Assembly (NCBI GenBank): GCA_032718475.1
Contig: JAUCBJ010001498.1
Location: forward strand, 8,948 to 72,947
Length of the DNA: 64,000 nucleotides
From: Nemertoderma westbladi
Lineage: Eukaryota > Animalia > Xenacoelomorpha
Direction of reading: 5' to 3'
The number at the start of each line of letters is the position of its first letter. Position 1 is the stretch's first letter. The position numbers and the translations under genes are program-made. The notes under the pieces were generated by a model. The model ran no database searches. It had not been told where the DNA came from and worked only from the letters and a program-made list of their open reading frames with translations. Positions 48,608 to 63,500 of this stretch are shown here, one piece after another.

Positions 48608-49701
48608 CAAAATCCACAGTGATGGCTGTAAAATTATTGTACAACAGCACTAGAGCCGGCGGGAGGTCATTTATACTGTGTGTTTATCGACTTCGCAAAG
48701 GCATTCGACACCATCGACAGAGAAATTCTATGCATGAAACTATCCCAGCTTGGAGTAAGTCGGAAATGTATTACTGCGATCTGGGCTCTACTTCCAGTAA
48801 ACTTTGTCTGCATCTGCGTTGGATTATACTGTATGTATTAGAACCAATTGCACAAAATATCGGCGTAGTACAAGGTGACAAACTTTCGCCACTCTTGTTC
48901 AACTTATTTGTTGCAGATTTACCTCTGTTTATTGCAGTCGCGATTTGCTTCATTAATAGTATGCTGACGACCTGGTAATTGCTGGTGAGTCCCTCAGTGA
49001 CGTACAAACAAGCCTCAACAGATTATCAGAATACTGTAAGCTAAACAACCGTTCATGACAACTGTAATCTCCATGCAATCAGCACACCGCTTATGGAATG
49101 CGTGATATTGCCATCAACAACTTACGGTTGCTCCGTATTTACCAACACAACCTCCGAGGTGAACGGATTGGCACATGTGGGACGTGTCAGAGCTTATTTC
49201 TGGAAACTCTGCTGCGGGATAAGCAAATACGCATCATCCACCTCGATACTAAGCGCCATCGACTCAGAACTATACTCAAACAGCATTATCGAACTCCGAT
49301 TCAGATTATCACCTCTAACTGGCTTCCGACGAATAGCAGCCGCCCAGCTGGTGTCGAACGGCTGTCACCAACGTCTGTGTTCAAACCCCACCTGCTGGCG
49401 ACCGACGGACGAATGTGGACGGGCTGGCTTTGCAACACACCAGCAACATCGCCAGACCATTACATAGTATGCTCCGTAATAAACACAAACTTACTTGTGG
49501 CTCTTTTCCTGATGTGTCTGGAGAGGGTCGATGACAGTATCCAATTTTAACTCAACTGTGTTTTAATATATAGTTTTATTATTTTATTTCATAATTATAA
49601 AGGCAAATTTTAGCCATATTTTTACTTACAGTATATAATTACAATCATTGTACCTACATACATTATTTGTCCAAATGTTTGGAGTTAAATTAAATATATT
49701 C
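48608..49701 (+). mobile_element. Degraded, truncated LINE (RT fragment)
   Basis: FIDFAKAFDTIDR, GVVQGDKLSPLLFNLFV and YADDL in shifting frames. 17-bp TSD AATATCACAATTTAAAT at 48591-48607 and 49702-49718. Confidence 0.85.
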
Positions 49702-49981
49702 AATATCACAATTTAAATTCTGCGTTGCAGTTAAGGTATGTGACTATGATATGACTCGACTATGGTATGGTATGATTCTGTATTCGGACTTCGCTAAAGG
49801 CCCATATGATACTATAGCGAAACACATAATATTGGGAAGGGGATTTAATGGTAAAAAGCAACCTCAGACACCAACTATGCGTTTAGAGAATTTAACAAAA
49901 TTAAAACATTAAGGGAAAATAAATGTTACAGTGGCGGTGTTTTTAACCAAAACAATAATCGAAACTACATAAATATAAAAC

Positions 49982-52900
49982 CGAGAGAAAGCCGCCCCAA
50001 TATTAGATTATTACAACAACATATCCATTGGGTAAGAAAGTGGAGGAGAGCCAGCCCGTCTCTTAATTTTTTACTTTATATTAAAAACGCGATCAATTTT
50101 CACTCATCTCGTCATGAACCCAACATGTATGTAGCCTTTTGTTAAATTTGTTGGCTATGCGTTTGCGGTTGTTTGGGCGGAGTGTGGTAGGCCTACACTT
50201 TTCACACTTAAATATTTTGGTTGTGAAATGTTACAGGGCATAGCTATCTGAGATATTTCATTTATATTTTATTATGAGAGGAAGAAGAACATACAACGTT
50301 ATTTACTATATATGTAACAAAATAATTGTTTTCGGGTTTAACTTGGAAGCCTCCCCAAATAGTTGATATACAATTATATTTAAAATTATTTCCATGGTCA
50401 TGGTCATTCACCCGTCTTTAGTTAGAAATTTGTTTGCATGAAAGACAGTTTAGTTTAGTTTTTACTGATTTATTATCTCTTATCTGACTGGGGTAATAAT
50501 AAAGGATAGGATAAATGGAACCAAAGTGTGACAGTAACAAATATTTCCCCGTCACCCTAGCATGTCTTAAGTATATGATATATCAAAGGGGGAAGTTTGG
50601 ATTCACTGCATAAATGCAGTTCACCAAACTTCCCCCGAATGCACACTGTAACTTCCCCCTTCCCACAAATATCCACTGTTTAATTAATTTGAAGCGATAT
50701 AATAAGTACAAAATTGTGCGAGTTTTTAATTGTGTGGTCCAATTGTTATTTGATTTCTATTTATTATTTAAAGTGCATTTAATATCACAATGGTTTTTAG
50801 AATATTATACTATACAACCTTATGTTTTATTAATTTACCCAATCGAAGCCTCATAAGGGCCGGTTATTTGTACGCATATCCCCTAATGCGCTCAGTAAGG
50901 TTCAAACAACATATTAATATGAAAATAAAGTATCTGCAAAGAATAGAACCCAATACTATATAATTTGACCTTATTAAAAAATTTGCACTTTTGCACACTT
51001 ATTTGTACAAATGCACTTTAGCAGATCGTAATGGTGGCTCTTATTTAACAAAATTATGTTTATCCTCTACCGATCTACGATGGTGTATGATCAAGTGTCA
51101 GTCGCTAAAAGTGTCAAAAATCCAATTTAATAAATCTGGATTTGCGATTTTGGACCATATTCATGGACATTTTTAAGTCACTTTATAGACATAAAAAGTT
51201 AAACAAATGTTACGATTATAGTTAGAAATCATTCCAAACTACATTTTAATCCAAAAAATAACATTCTACGATGAATAGAACTGGAAATAACAGTGTTTGA
51301 AATATCGAAAAAATGTTCACTATTTAAGTGCATTTTGCACTAAGTGCACATAAGTCTTTTACCAAGTTTTATCCTATTGCACACTACAATCTATCCTCTA
51401 TCCAATGAAAAAAGTTTCAGATTAAACGGCCCTGTAGAACCGAAGTTATTTATGTTTAAAAATAGTCACTCGAAAATTTCAAATTCTCTTGGTCACGTAG
51501 TCTAGTGGTTATCAATCACGTTAACGATACCTAAGTTCGTGGGTTCGAAACCCAATATTGACCTGACCATTCTTAATTTTTTTGCAAAAAAAATTATTTT
51601 TATTTTTTCACTAAAATCGCTCTAACTTCGGTTCTGGTGGTCCAAATTCAATAAAATTGGTATATTCTTTGCCGTAATTTTTTTCTTAATCTTTTGAGAA
51701 GGGGTTATTTTTGGCCCCAAAAAAATTAAAAAAAAGGGCCAAAATAACGCGATATTTTTCGACCCTTAAAATTCGTAATTTTAATTATATATGTTAAGAT
51801 ACAAGATAGCGGAGTTAATTTGATACTTTTTACAGGTACTTTTGGCGCAATACGCTAAATTATAATGGAATAGCGATTTGTTAAAAAAAAAATTTTTCGT
51901 CCCTTTTTATAAATATTATATTTCACACGATCGCCTGCCGCTCCAGTTTTATAATACCTCCGGCGCTGTGATTAACGCTGTTAGATACATAATTTAACGC
52001 ACTATAAGTCTGTGTAAACAAATCTCCCGTAAGTTAAGTAGTTTTCGAGCTAGACGATTTCCCGCGAAGCAAGTTTGAAGCGCGAAATTATAATTTTGGC
52101 CCTCATTTTTTTAATATCATCCTTGGAGCAAAACCGATAGCATATTTGAATTCCCCGTATAGATATTGACTGTATAGAATGTACCTTAACCAACTAAAGT
52201 TAAAAATAAAAAATTATTCGATAAAAACTACTTTACAAATTCTGGCCCTTTTTGGCCCCTATTGCCGACATATTTTTTGTACCCCCATTCGATAGGAACG
52301 TAGCCCCAATGGTCTTCTACGAGTTTCATAAAAGAATTAGTGGATTCCTACCCGCGTTGTCGAATTAAACATTTCGGAAATAAGTTTTCCAAAAAAGACG
52401 GACAAAAACGTACAAATTTACAGCCCCTTTTTCCACCCGAAATTTTAATAAATATCTTACCCCCATTCGATACGAAGGTAGTACCACTCTTCCCCTTTCC
52501 AACTGCGTTACTTTCGTCCCCGTACGATTAATATTAGCCGAGTTATAGCGGATCCCGCAAAGTCATTTTGTCCGTTTTTTCAACTTTGACGGACATTTTC
52601 GGAAAAAAGGCGTGGTAATCTTTTTTGAAAAAAAAAACGAATTCACTAATTAATCCCTTCTATCGTATCCCGGAGTCGGCTAAGCAATAACCTAGGGTTT
52701 TTTCGAGCCACTGTAGAGCGCCTTTCAAAAAAATTTTAAAATTGTCGAAAAAATGACGGATTTTTGTCCGCCGTGTCCGTCGAAGGGTTAGATTTAATAA
52801 TGTTAGAGTTGCTAATATCTTAGAATTCCGAGCCGCTCCCCTGGTGAGAAAATAAAAAAATTTGGTCTGTTCCTTCATCGAAAAGTCCCCCAGAATCCCA

Positions 52901-54517
52901 AGTTAACCTATATAGTTAGCGATGGCCTGCGGCTTTAGGAGCGGCCGCGGTATTCACCTCCCTCATAGCGGCCGCGGCGGTGTTGCATCAAATGGAGAAA
53001 TATTTATCCCACCAAGTGAGGCAAAAAGTCACTTAGAGGGTGCCTGAACGAGAGAAAGCCGCCCCAATATTAGATTATTACAACAACATATCCATTGGGT
53101 AAGAAAGTGGAGGAGAGCCAGCCCGTCTCTTAATTTTTTACTTTATATTACGCGATCAATTTTCACTCATCTCGTCATGAACCCAACATGTATGTAACCT
53201 TTTGTTAAATTTGTTGGCTATGCGTTTGCGGTTGTTTGGGCGGAGTGTGGTAGGCCTACACTTTTTCACACTTAAATATTTTGGTTGTGAAATGTTACAG
53301 GGCATAGCGATCTGAGATATTTCATTTATATTTTATTATGAGAGGAAGAAGAACATACAACGTTATTTACTATGTAACAAAATAATTGTTTTCGGGTTTA
53401 ACTTGGAAGCCTCCCCAAATAGTTGATATACAATTATATTTAAAATTATTTCCATGGTCATGGTCATTCACCCGTCTTTAGTTAGAAATTTGTTTGCATG
53501 AAAGACAGTTTAGTTTAGTTTTTACTGATTTATTATCTCTTATCTGACTGGGGTAATAATAAAGGATAGGATAAATGGAAGCAAAGTGTGACAGTAACAA
53601 ATATTTCCCCGTCACCCTAGCATGTCTTAAGTATATGATATATCAAAGGGGGAAGTTTGGATTCACTGCATAAATGCAGTTCACCAAACTTCCCCCGAAT
53701 ACACACTGTAACTTCCCCCTTCCCCCAAATATCCACTGTTGAATTAATTTGAAGCGATATAATAAGTACAAAATTGTGCGAGTTTTTAATTGTGTGGTCC
53801 AATTGTTATTTGATTTCTATTTATTATTTAAAGTGCATTTAATATCACACTGGTTTTTAGAATACTATACAACCTTATGTTTTATTAATTTACCCAATCG
53901 AAGCCTCATAAGGGCCGGTTATTTGTACGCATATCCCCTAATGCGCTCAGTAAGGTTCAAACAACATATTAATATGAAAATAAAGTATCTGCAAAGAAAA
54001 TAACCCAATACTATATAATTTGACCTTATTAAAAAATTTGCACTTTTGCACACTTATTTGTACAAGTGCACTTCAGCAGATCGTAATGGTGGCTCTTATT
54101 TAACAAACTTATGTTTATCCTCTACCGATCTACAGGTGTATGATCAAGTGTCAGTCGCTAAAAGTGTCAAAAATCCAATTTAATAAATCTGGATTTGCGA
54201 ATTTGGACCATATTCATGGACATTTTAAGTCACTTTATAGACATAAAAAGTTAAACAAATGTTACGATTATAGTTAGAAATCATTCCAAACTACATTTTA
54301 ATCCAAAAAATAACATTCTACGATGAATGGAACTGGAAATAATAGTGTTTGAAATATCGAAAAAATGTTCACTATTTAAGTGCATTTTGCACTAAGCACA
54401 TGCGTCTTTTCCCAAGTTGTATCCTATTTCACACACTACAATCTATTCTCTATCCAATGAAAAAAGTTTCAGATTAAACGGCCCTGTAGAACCGAAGTTA
54501 TTTATGTCTAAAAATAG
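49982..54517. repeat. Direct duplication: 49982-~51465 repeated at 53049-54517 (period about 3067 bp)
   Basis: Both copies start CGAGAGAAAGCCGCCCCAATATTAG and match, with scattered differences, to ...AAAAATAG. Confidence 0.92.
51491..51563 (+). pseudogene. Degenerate tRNA-like sequence (tRNA pseudogene or SINE head)
   Basis: 73 nt long, with acceptor-like ends GGTCA/TGACC, A-box TAGTCTAGTGG and T-arm/B-box TGGGTTCGAAACCCA. The anticodon arm does not fold canonically. Confidence 0.55.
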
Positions 54518-54528
54518 CGTTCCACGCT

Positions 54529-57500
54529 AGACAAGGGTAAGTAGTTAGTCACTGACCCTCAGACAAAGGTAAGTAGTTAGTCACTGACCCTCAGACAAAG
54601 GTAAGTAGTTAGTCACTGACCCTCAGACTCGGATAAGTAGTTAGTCACTGACCCTCAGACAAAGGTAAGTAGTTAGTCACTGACCCTCAGACTCGGATAA
54701 GTAGTTAGTCACTGACCCTCAGACTCGGGTAAGTAGTTAGTCACTGACCCTCAGACAAGGGTAAGTAGTTAGTCACTGACCCTAAGACAAAGGTAAGTAG
54801 TTAGTCACTGACCCTCAGACAAAGGTAAATAGTTAGTCACTGACCCTCAGACAAGGGTAAGTAGTTAGTCACTGACCCTCAGACAAAGGTAAGTAGTTAG
54901 TCACTGACCCTCAGACAAAGGTAAGTAGTTAGTCACTGACCCTCAGACAAGGGTAAGTAGTTAGTCACTGACCCTCAGACAAAGGTAAGTAGTTAGTCAC
55001 TGACCCTCAGACAAAGGTAAGTAGTTAGTCACTGACCCTCAGACAAAGGTAAATAGTTAGTCACTGACCCTCAGACTCGGATAAGTAGTTAGTCACTGAC
55101 CCTCAGACTCGGATAAGTAGTTAGTCACTGACCCTCAGACAAGGGTAAATAGTTAGTCACTGACCCTCAGACAAAGGTAAGTAGTTAGTCACTGACCCTC
55201 AGACAAAGGTAAGTAGTTAGTCACTGACCCTCAGACTCGGATAAGTAGTTAGTAACTGACCCTCAGACAAAGGTAAGTAGTTAGTCACTGACCCTCAGAC
55301 AAAGGTAAGTAGTTAGTCACTGACCCTCAGACAAAGGTAAGTAGTTAGTCACTGACCCTCAGACAAAGGTAAGTAGTTAGTCACTGACCCTCAGACAAAG
55401 GTAAATAGTTAGTCACTGACCCTCAGACAAAGGTAAGTAGTTAGTCACTGACCCTCAGACTCGGATAAGTAGTTAGTAACTGACCCTAAGACTCGGATAA
55501 GTAGTTAGTCACTGACCCTAAGACTCGGATAAGTAGTTAGTCACTGACCCTCAGACTCGGATAAGTAGTTAGTCACTGACCCTCAGACAAGGGTAAATAG
55601 TTAGTCACTGACCCTCAGACAAAGGTAAGTAGTTAGTCACTGACCCTCAGACAAAGGTAAGTAGTTAGTCACTGACCCTCAGACAAAGGTAAGTAGTTAG
55701 TCACTGACCCTCAGACAAAGGTAAGTAGTTAGTCACTGACCCTCAGACAAAGGTAAGTAGTTAGTCACTGACCCTCAGACAAAGGTAAGTAGTTAGTCAC
55801 TGACCCTCAGACAAAGGTAAGTAGTTAGTAACTGACCCTCAGACAAAGGTAAATAGTTAGTCACTGACCCTAAGACTCGGATAAGTAGTTAGTCACTGAC
55901 CCTCAGACTCGGATAAGTAGTTAGTAACTGACCCTCAGACAAAGGTAAGTAGTTAGTCACTGACCCTCAGACTCGGATAAGTAGTTAGTCACTGACCCTC
56001 AGACAAAGGTAAGTAGTTAGTCACTGACCCTCAGACAAAGGTAAGTAGTTAGTCACTGACCCTCAGACAAAGGTAAGTAGTTAGTCACTGACCCTCAGAC
56101 AAAGGTAAATAGTTAGTCACTGACCCTAAGACTCGGATAAATAGTTAGTAACTGACCCTCAGACTCGGATAAGTAGTTAGTAACTGACCCTCAGACAAAG
56201 GTAAGTAGTTAGTCACTGACCCTCAGACAAAGGTAAATAGTTAGTCACTGACCCTAAGACTCGGATAAGTAGTTAGTCACTGACCCTAAGACTCGGATAA
56301 ATAGTTAGTAACTGACCCTCAGACTCGGATAAGTAGTTAGTAACTGACCCTCAGACAAAGGTAAGTAGTTAGTCACTGACCCTCAGACAAAGGTAAATAG
56401 TTAGTCACTGACCCTCAGACTCGGATAAGTAGTTAGTCACTGACCCTAAGACTCGGATAAATAGTTAGTCACTGACCCTCAGACTCGGATAAGTAGTTAG
56501 TCACTGACCCTCAGACTCGGATAAGTAGTTAGTCACTGACCCTCAGACAAAGGTAAGTAGTTAGTCACTGACCCTCAGACAAAGGTAAGTAGTTAGTAAC
56601 TGACCCTCAGACAAAGGTAAGTAGTTAGTCACTGACCCTCAGACAAAGGTAAGTAGTTAGTCACTGACCCTAAGATAAGGGTAAATAGTTAGTCACTGAC
56701 CCTCAGACAAAGGTAAGTAGTTAGTCACTGACCCTCAGACAAAGGTAAATAGTTAGTCACTGACCCTCAGACTCGGATAAGTAGTTAGTCACTGACCCTC
56801 AGACAAAGGTAAGTAGTTAGTCACTGACCCTCAGACAAAGGTAAGTAGTTAGTCACTGACCCTCAGACAAAGGTAAATAGTTAGTCACTGACCCTCAGAC
56901 AAGGGTAAGTAGTTAGTCACTGACCCTCAGACAAAGGTAAATAGTTAGTCACTGACCCTCAGACTCGGATAAGTAGTTAGTCACTGACCCTCAGACAAGG
57001 GTAAATAGTTAGTCACTGACCCTCAGACTCGGATAAGTAGTTAGTCACTGACCCTCAGACAAAGGTAAGTAGTTAGTCACTGACCCTCAGACAAAGGTAA
57101 GTAGTTAGTCACTGACCCTCAGACTCGGATAAGTAGTTAGTCACTGACCCTCAGACTCGGATAAGTAGTTAGTCACTGACCCTCAGACAAAGGTAAGTAG
57201 TTAGTCACTGACCCTCAGACAAAGGTAAGTAGTTAGTAACTGACCCTCAGACAAAGGTAAGTAGTTAGTCACTGACCCTCAGACAAGGGTAAGTAGTTAG
57301 TCACTGACCCTCAGACAAAGGTAAATAGTTAGTCACTGACCCTAAGACTCGGATAAGTAGTTAGTCACTGACCCTCAGACAAAGGTAAGTAGTTAGTCAC
57401 TGACCCTCAGACAAAGGTAAGTAGTTAGTCACTGACCCTCAGAGAAGGGTAGTCACAGACCCTCAGACAAAGGTAAGTAGTTAGTCACTGACCCTCAGAC

Positions 57501-60500
57501 AAAGGTAAGTAGTTAGTCACTGACCCTCAGACAAAGGTAAGTAGTTAGTCACTGACCCTCAGACAAAGGTAAGTAGTTAGTCACTGACCCTCAGGCAAGG
57601 GTAAGTAGTTAGTCACTGACCCTCATACAAGGGTAAGTAGTTAGTCACTGACCCTCATACAAGGGTAAGTAGTTAGTCACTGACCCTCATACAAAGGTAA
57701 GTAGTTAGTCACTGACCCTCAGACAAAGGTAAGTAGTTAGTAACTGACCCTCAGACAAAGGTAAGTAGTTAGTCACTGACCCTCAGACTCGGATAAGTAG
57801 TTAGTCACTGACCCTCAGACAAGGGTAAGTAGTTAGTCACCGACCCTCAGACAAGGGTAAATAGTTAGTCACTGACCCTCAGGCAAGGGTAAGTAGTTAG
57901 TCACTGACCCTCAGACAAAGGTAAGTAGTTAGTCACTGACCCTCAGACAAAGGTAAGTAGTTAGTAACTGACCCTCAGACAAAGGTAAGTAGTTAGTCAC
58001 TGACCCTCAGACAAAGGTAAGTAGTTAGTAACTGACCCTCAGACAAAGGTAAGTAGTTAGTCACTGACCCTCAGACTCGGATAAGTAGTTAGTCACTGAC
58101 CCTCAGACAAAGGTAAGTAGTTAGTCACTGACCCTCAGACAAAGGTAAGTAGTTAGTCACTGACCCTCAGACAAAGGTAAGTAGTTAGTAACTGACCCTC
58201 AGACAAAGGTAAGTAGTTAGTCACTGACCCTCAGACAAAGGTAAGTAGTTAGTCACTGACCCTCAGACAAAGGTAAGTAGTTAGTCACTGACCCTCAGAC
58301 AAAGGTAAGTAGTTAGTCACTGACCCTCAGACAAAGGTAAGTAGTTAGTCACTGACCCTCAGACAAAGGTAAGTAGTTAGTCACTGACCCTCAGACAAAG
58401 GTAAGTAGTTAGTCACTGACCCTCAGACAAAGGTAAGTAGTTAGTCACTGACCCTCAGACAAAGGTAAGTAGTTAGTCACTGACCCTCAGACAAAGGTAA
58501 GTAGTTAGTCACTGACCCTCAGACAAAGGTAAGTAGTTAGTCACTGACCCTCAGACAAAGGTAAATAGTTAGTCACTGACCCTAAGACTCGGATAAGTAG
58601 TTAGTCACTGACCCTCAGACAAGGGTAAGTAGTTAGTCACTGACCCTCAGACAAAGGTAAGTAGTTAGTCACTGACCCTCAGACTCGGATAAGTAGTTAG
58701 TCACTGACCCTCAGACAAAGGTAAATAGTTAGTCACTGACCCTCAGACAAAGGTAAGTAGTTAGTCACTGACCCTCAGACAAAGGTAAATAGTTAGTCAC
58801 TGACCCTAAGACTCGGATAAGTAGTTAGTCACTGACCCTCAGACAAGGGTAAGTAGTTAGTCACTGACCCTCAGACAAAGGTAAGTAGTTAGTCACTGAC
58901 CCTCAGACAAAGGTAAGTAGTTAGTCACTGACCCTCAGACTCGGATAAGTAGTTAGTCACTGACCCTCAGACAAAGGTAAGTAGTTAGTCACTGACCCTC
59001 AGACAAAGGTAAGTAGTTAGTCACTGACCCTCAGACAAAGGTAAGTAGTTAGTCACTGACCCTCAGACAAAGGTAAGTAGTTAGTCACTGACCCTCAGAC
59101 AAAGGTAAGTAGTTAGTCACTGACCCTCAGACTCGGATAAGTAGTTAGTCACTGACCCTCAGACAAAGGTAAGTAGTTAGTCACTGACCCTCAGACAAAG
59201 GTAAGTAGTTAGTCACTGACCCTCAGACAAAGGTAAGTAGTTAGTCACTGACCCTCAGACAAAGGTAAGTAGTTAGTCACTGACCCTCAGACAAAGGTAA
59301 GTAGTTAGTCACTGACCCTCAGACTCGGATAAGTAGTTAGTCACTGACCCTCAGACAAAGGTAAGTAGTTAGTCACTGACCCTCAGACAAAGGTAAGTAG
59401 TTAGTAACTGACCCTCAGACAAGGGTAAGTAGTTAGTCACTGACCCTCAGACTCGGATAAGTAGTTAGTCACTGACCCTCAGACTCGGATAAGTAGTTAG
59501 TCACTGACCCTCAGACAAAGGTAAGTAGTTAGTCACTGACCCTCAGACAAAGGTAAGTAGTTAGTCACTGACCCTCAGACTCGGATAAGTAGTTAGTCAC
59601 TGACCCTCAGACAAAGGTAAGTAGTTAGTCACTGACCCTCAGACTCGGATAAGTAGTTAGTCACTGACCCTCAGACTCGGATAAGTAGTTAGTCACTGAC
59701 CCTCAGACAAAGGTAAGTAGTTAGTCACTGACCCTCAGACAAAGGTAAGTAGTTAGTCACTGACCCTCAGACAAAGGTAAGTAGTTAGTCACTGACCCTC
59801 AGACAAAGGTAAGTAGTTAGTCACTGACCCTCAGACAAAGGTAAGTAGTTAGTCACTGACCCTCAGACTCGGATAAGTAGTTAGTCACTGACCCTCAGAC
59901 AAAGGTAAGTAGTTAGTCACTGACCCTCAGACAAAGGTAAGTAGTTAGTCACTGACCCTCAGACAAAGGTAAGTAGTTAGTCACTGACCCTCAGACTCGG
60001 ATAAGTAGTTAGTCACTGACCCTCAGACAAGGGTAAGTAGTTAGTCACTGACCCTCAGACAAAGGTAAGTAGTTAGTCACTGACCCTCAGACTCGGATAA
60101 GTAGTTAGTCACTGACCCTCAGACAAAGGTAAGTAGTTAGTCACTGACCCTCAGACAAAGGTAAGTAGTTAGTCACTGACCCTCAGACAAAGGTAAGTAG
60201 TTAGTCACTGACCCTCAGACTCGGATAAGTAGTTAGTCACTGACCCTCAGACAAGGGTAAGTAGTTAGTCACTGACCCTCAGACAAAGGTAAGTAGTTAG
60301 TCACTGACCCTCAGACAAAGGTAAGTAGTTAGTCACTGACCCTCAGACAAAGGTAAGTAGTTAGTCACTGACCCTCAGACAAAGGTAAGTAGTTAGTCAC
60401 TGACCCTCAGACAAAGGTAAGTAGTTAGTCACTGACCCTCAGACTCGGATAAGTAGTTAGTCACTGACCCTCAGACAAAGGTAAGTAGTTAGTCACTGAC

Positions 60501-63500
60501 CCTCAGACAAAGGTAAGTAGTTAGTCACTGACCCTCAGACAAAGGTAAGTAGTTAGTCACTGACCCTCAGACAAAGGTAAGTAGTTAGTCACTGACCCTC
60601 AGACAAAGGTAAGTAGTTAGTCACTGACCCTCAGACTCGGATAAGTAGTTAGTCACTGACCCTCAGACTCGGATAAGTAGTTAGTCACTGACCCTCAGAC
60701 AAAGGTAAGTAGTTAGTCACTGACCCTCAGACAAAGGTAAGTAGTTAGTCACTGACCCTCAGACAAAGGTAAGTAGTTAGTCACTGACCCTCAGACAAAG
60801 GTAAGTAGTTAGTCACTGACCCTCAGACAAAGGTAAGTAGTTAGTCACTGACCCTCAGACACAGGTAAGTAGTTAGTCACTGACCCTCAGACAAAGGTAA
60901 GTAGTTAGTCACTGACCCTCAGACAAAGGTAAGTAGTTAGTCACTGACCCTCAGACAAAGGTAAGTAGTTAGTCACTGACCCTCAGACAAAGGTAAGTAG
61001 TTAGTCACTGACCCTCAGACAAAGGTAAGTAGTTAGTCACTGACCCTCAGACAACGGTAAGTAGTTAGTCACTGACCCTCAGACAAAGGTAAGTAGTTAG
61101 TCACTGACCCTCAGACAAAGGTAAGTAGTTAGTCACTGACCCTCAGACAAAGGTAAGTAGTTAGTCACTGACCCTCAGACTCGGATAAGTAGTTAGTCAC
61201 TGACCCTCAGACAAAGGTAAGTAGTTAGTCACTGACCCTCAGACAAAGGTAAGTAGTTAGTCACTGACCCTCAGACAAGGTAAGTAGTTAGTCACTGACC
61301 CTCAGACAAAGGTAAGTAGTTAGTCACTGACCCTCAGACAAAGGTAAGTAGTTAGTCACTGACCCTCAGACAAAGGTAAGTAGTTAGTCACTGACCCTCA
61401 GACAAAGGTAAGTAGTTAGTCACTGACCCTCAGACAAAGGTAAGTAGTTAGTCACTGACCCTCAGACAAAGGTAAGTAGTTAGTCACTGACCCTCAGACA
61501 AAGGTAAGTAGTTAGTCACTGACCCTCAGACAAAGGTAAGTAGTTAGTCACTGACCCTCAGACAAAGGTAAGTAGTTAGTCACTGACCCTCAGACAAAGG
61601 TAAGTAGTTAGTCACTGACCCTCAGACATCGGATAAGTAGTTAGTCACTGACCCTCAGACAAAGGTAAGTAGTTAGTCACTGACCCTCAGACAAAGGTAA
61701 GTAGTTAGTCACTGACCCTCAGACAAAGGTAAGTAGTTAGTCACTGACCCTCAGACAAAGGTAAGTAGTTAGTCACTGACCCTCAGACAAAGGTAAGTAG
61801 TTAGTCACTGACCCTCAGACATCGGATAAGTAGTTAGTCACTGACCCTCAGACAAAGGTAAGTAGTTAGTCACTGACCCTCAGACAAAGGTAAGTAGTTA
61901 GTCACTGACCCTCAGACAAAGGTAAGTAGTTAGTCACTGACCCTCAGACAAGGTAAGTAGTTAGTCACTGACCCTCAGACAAAGGTAAGTAGTTAGTCAC
62001 TGACCCTCAGACAAAGGTAAGTAGTTAGTCACTGACCCTCAGACAAAGGTAAGTAGTTAGTCACTGACCCTCAGACAAAGGTAAGTAGTTAGTCACTGAC
62101 CCTCAGACAAAGGTAAGTAGTTAGTCACTGACCCTCAGACAAAGGTAAGTAGTTAGTCACTGACCCTCAGACAAAGGTAAGTAGTTAGTCACTGACCCTC
62201 AGACAAAGGTAAGTAGTTAGTCACTGACCCTCAGACAAAGGTAAGTAGTTAGTCACTGACCCTCAGACAAAGGTAAGTAGTTAGTCACTGACCCTCAGAC
62301 AAAGGTAAGTAGTTAGTCACTGACCCTCAGACAAAGGTAAGTAGTTAGTCACTGACCCTCAGACAAAGGTAAGTAGTTAGTCACTGACCCTCAGACAAAG
62401 GTAAGTAGTTAGTCACTGACCCTCAGACAAAGGTAAGTAGTTAGTCACTGACCCTCAGACAAAGGTAAGTAGTTAGTCACTGACCCTCAGACAAAGGTAA
62501 GTAGTTAGTCACTGACCCTCAGACAAAGGTAAGTAGTTAGTCACTGACCCTCAGACAAAGGTAAGTAGTTAGTCACTGACCCTCAGACAAAGGTAAGTAG
62601 TTAGTCACTGACCCTCAGACAAAGGTAAGTAGTTAGTCACTGACCCTCAGACAAAGGTAAGTAGTTAGTCACTGACCCTCAGACAAAGGTAAGTAGTTAG
62701 TCACTGACCCTCAGACAAAGGTAAGTAGTTAGTCACTGACCCTCAGACAAAGGTAAGTAGTTAGTCACTGACCCTCAGACAAAGGTAAGTAGTTAGTCAC
62801 TGACCCTCAGACAAAGGTAAGTAGTTAGTCACTGACCCTCAGACAAAGGTAAGTAGTTAGTCACTGACCCTCAGACAAAGGTAAGTAGTTAGTCACTGAC
62901 CCTCAGACAAAGGTAAGTAGTTAGTCACTGACCCTCAGACAAAGGTAAGTAGTTAGTCACTGACCCTCAGACAAGGTAAGTAGTTAGTCACTGACCCTCA
63001 GACAAAGGTAAGTAGTTAGTCACTGACCCTCAGACAAAGGTAAGTAGTTAGTCACTGACCCTCAGACAAAGGTAAGTAGTTAGTCACTGACCCTCAGACA
63101 AAGGTAAGTAGTTAGTCACTGACCCTCAGACAAAGGTAAGTAGTTAGTCACTGACCCTCAGACAAGGTAAGTAGTTAGTCACTGACCCTCAGACAAAGGT
63201 AAGTAGTTAGTCACTGACCCTCAGACAAAGGTAAGTAGTTAGTCACTGACCCTCAGACAAAGGTAAGTAGTTAGTCACTGACCCTCAGACAAAGGTAAGT
63301 AGTTAGTCACTGACCCTCAGACAAGGTAAGTAGTTAGTCACTGACCCTCAGACAAAGGTAAGTAGTTAGTCACTGACCCTCAGACAAAGGTAAGTAGTTA
63401 GTCACTGACCCTCAGACAAAGGTAAGTAGTTAGTCACTGACCCTCAGACAAAGGTAAGTAGTTAGTCACTGACCCTCAGACAAAGGTAAGTAGTTAGTCA

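Noticed and set aside
51491-51563. Functional tRNA gene
   Set aside because: Only 5 bp of acceptor pairing and no canonical anticodon stem, so it is kept as a relic only.
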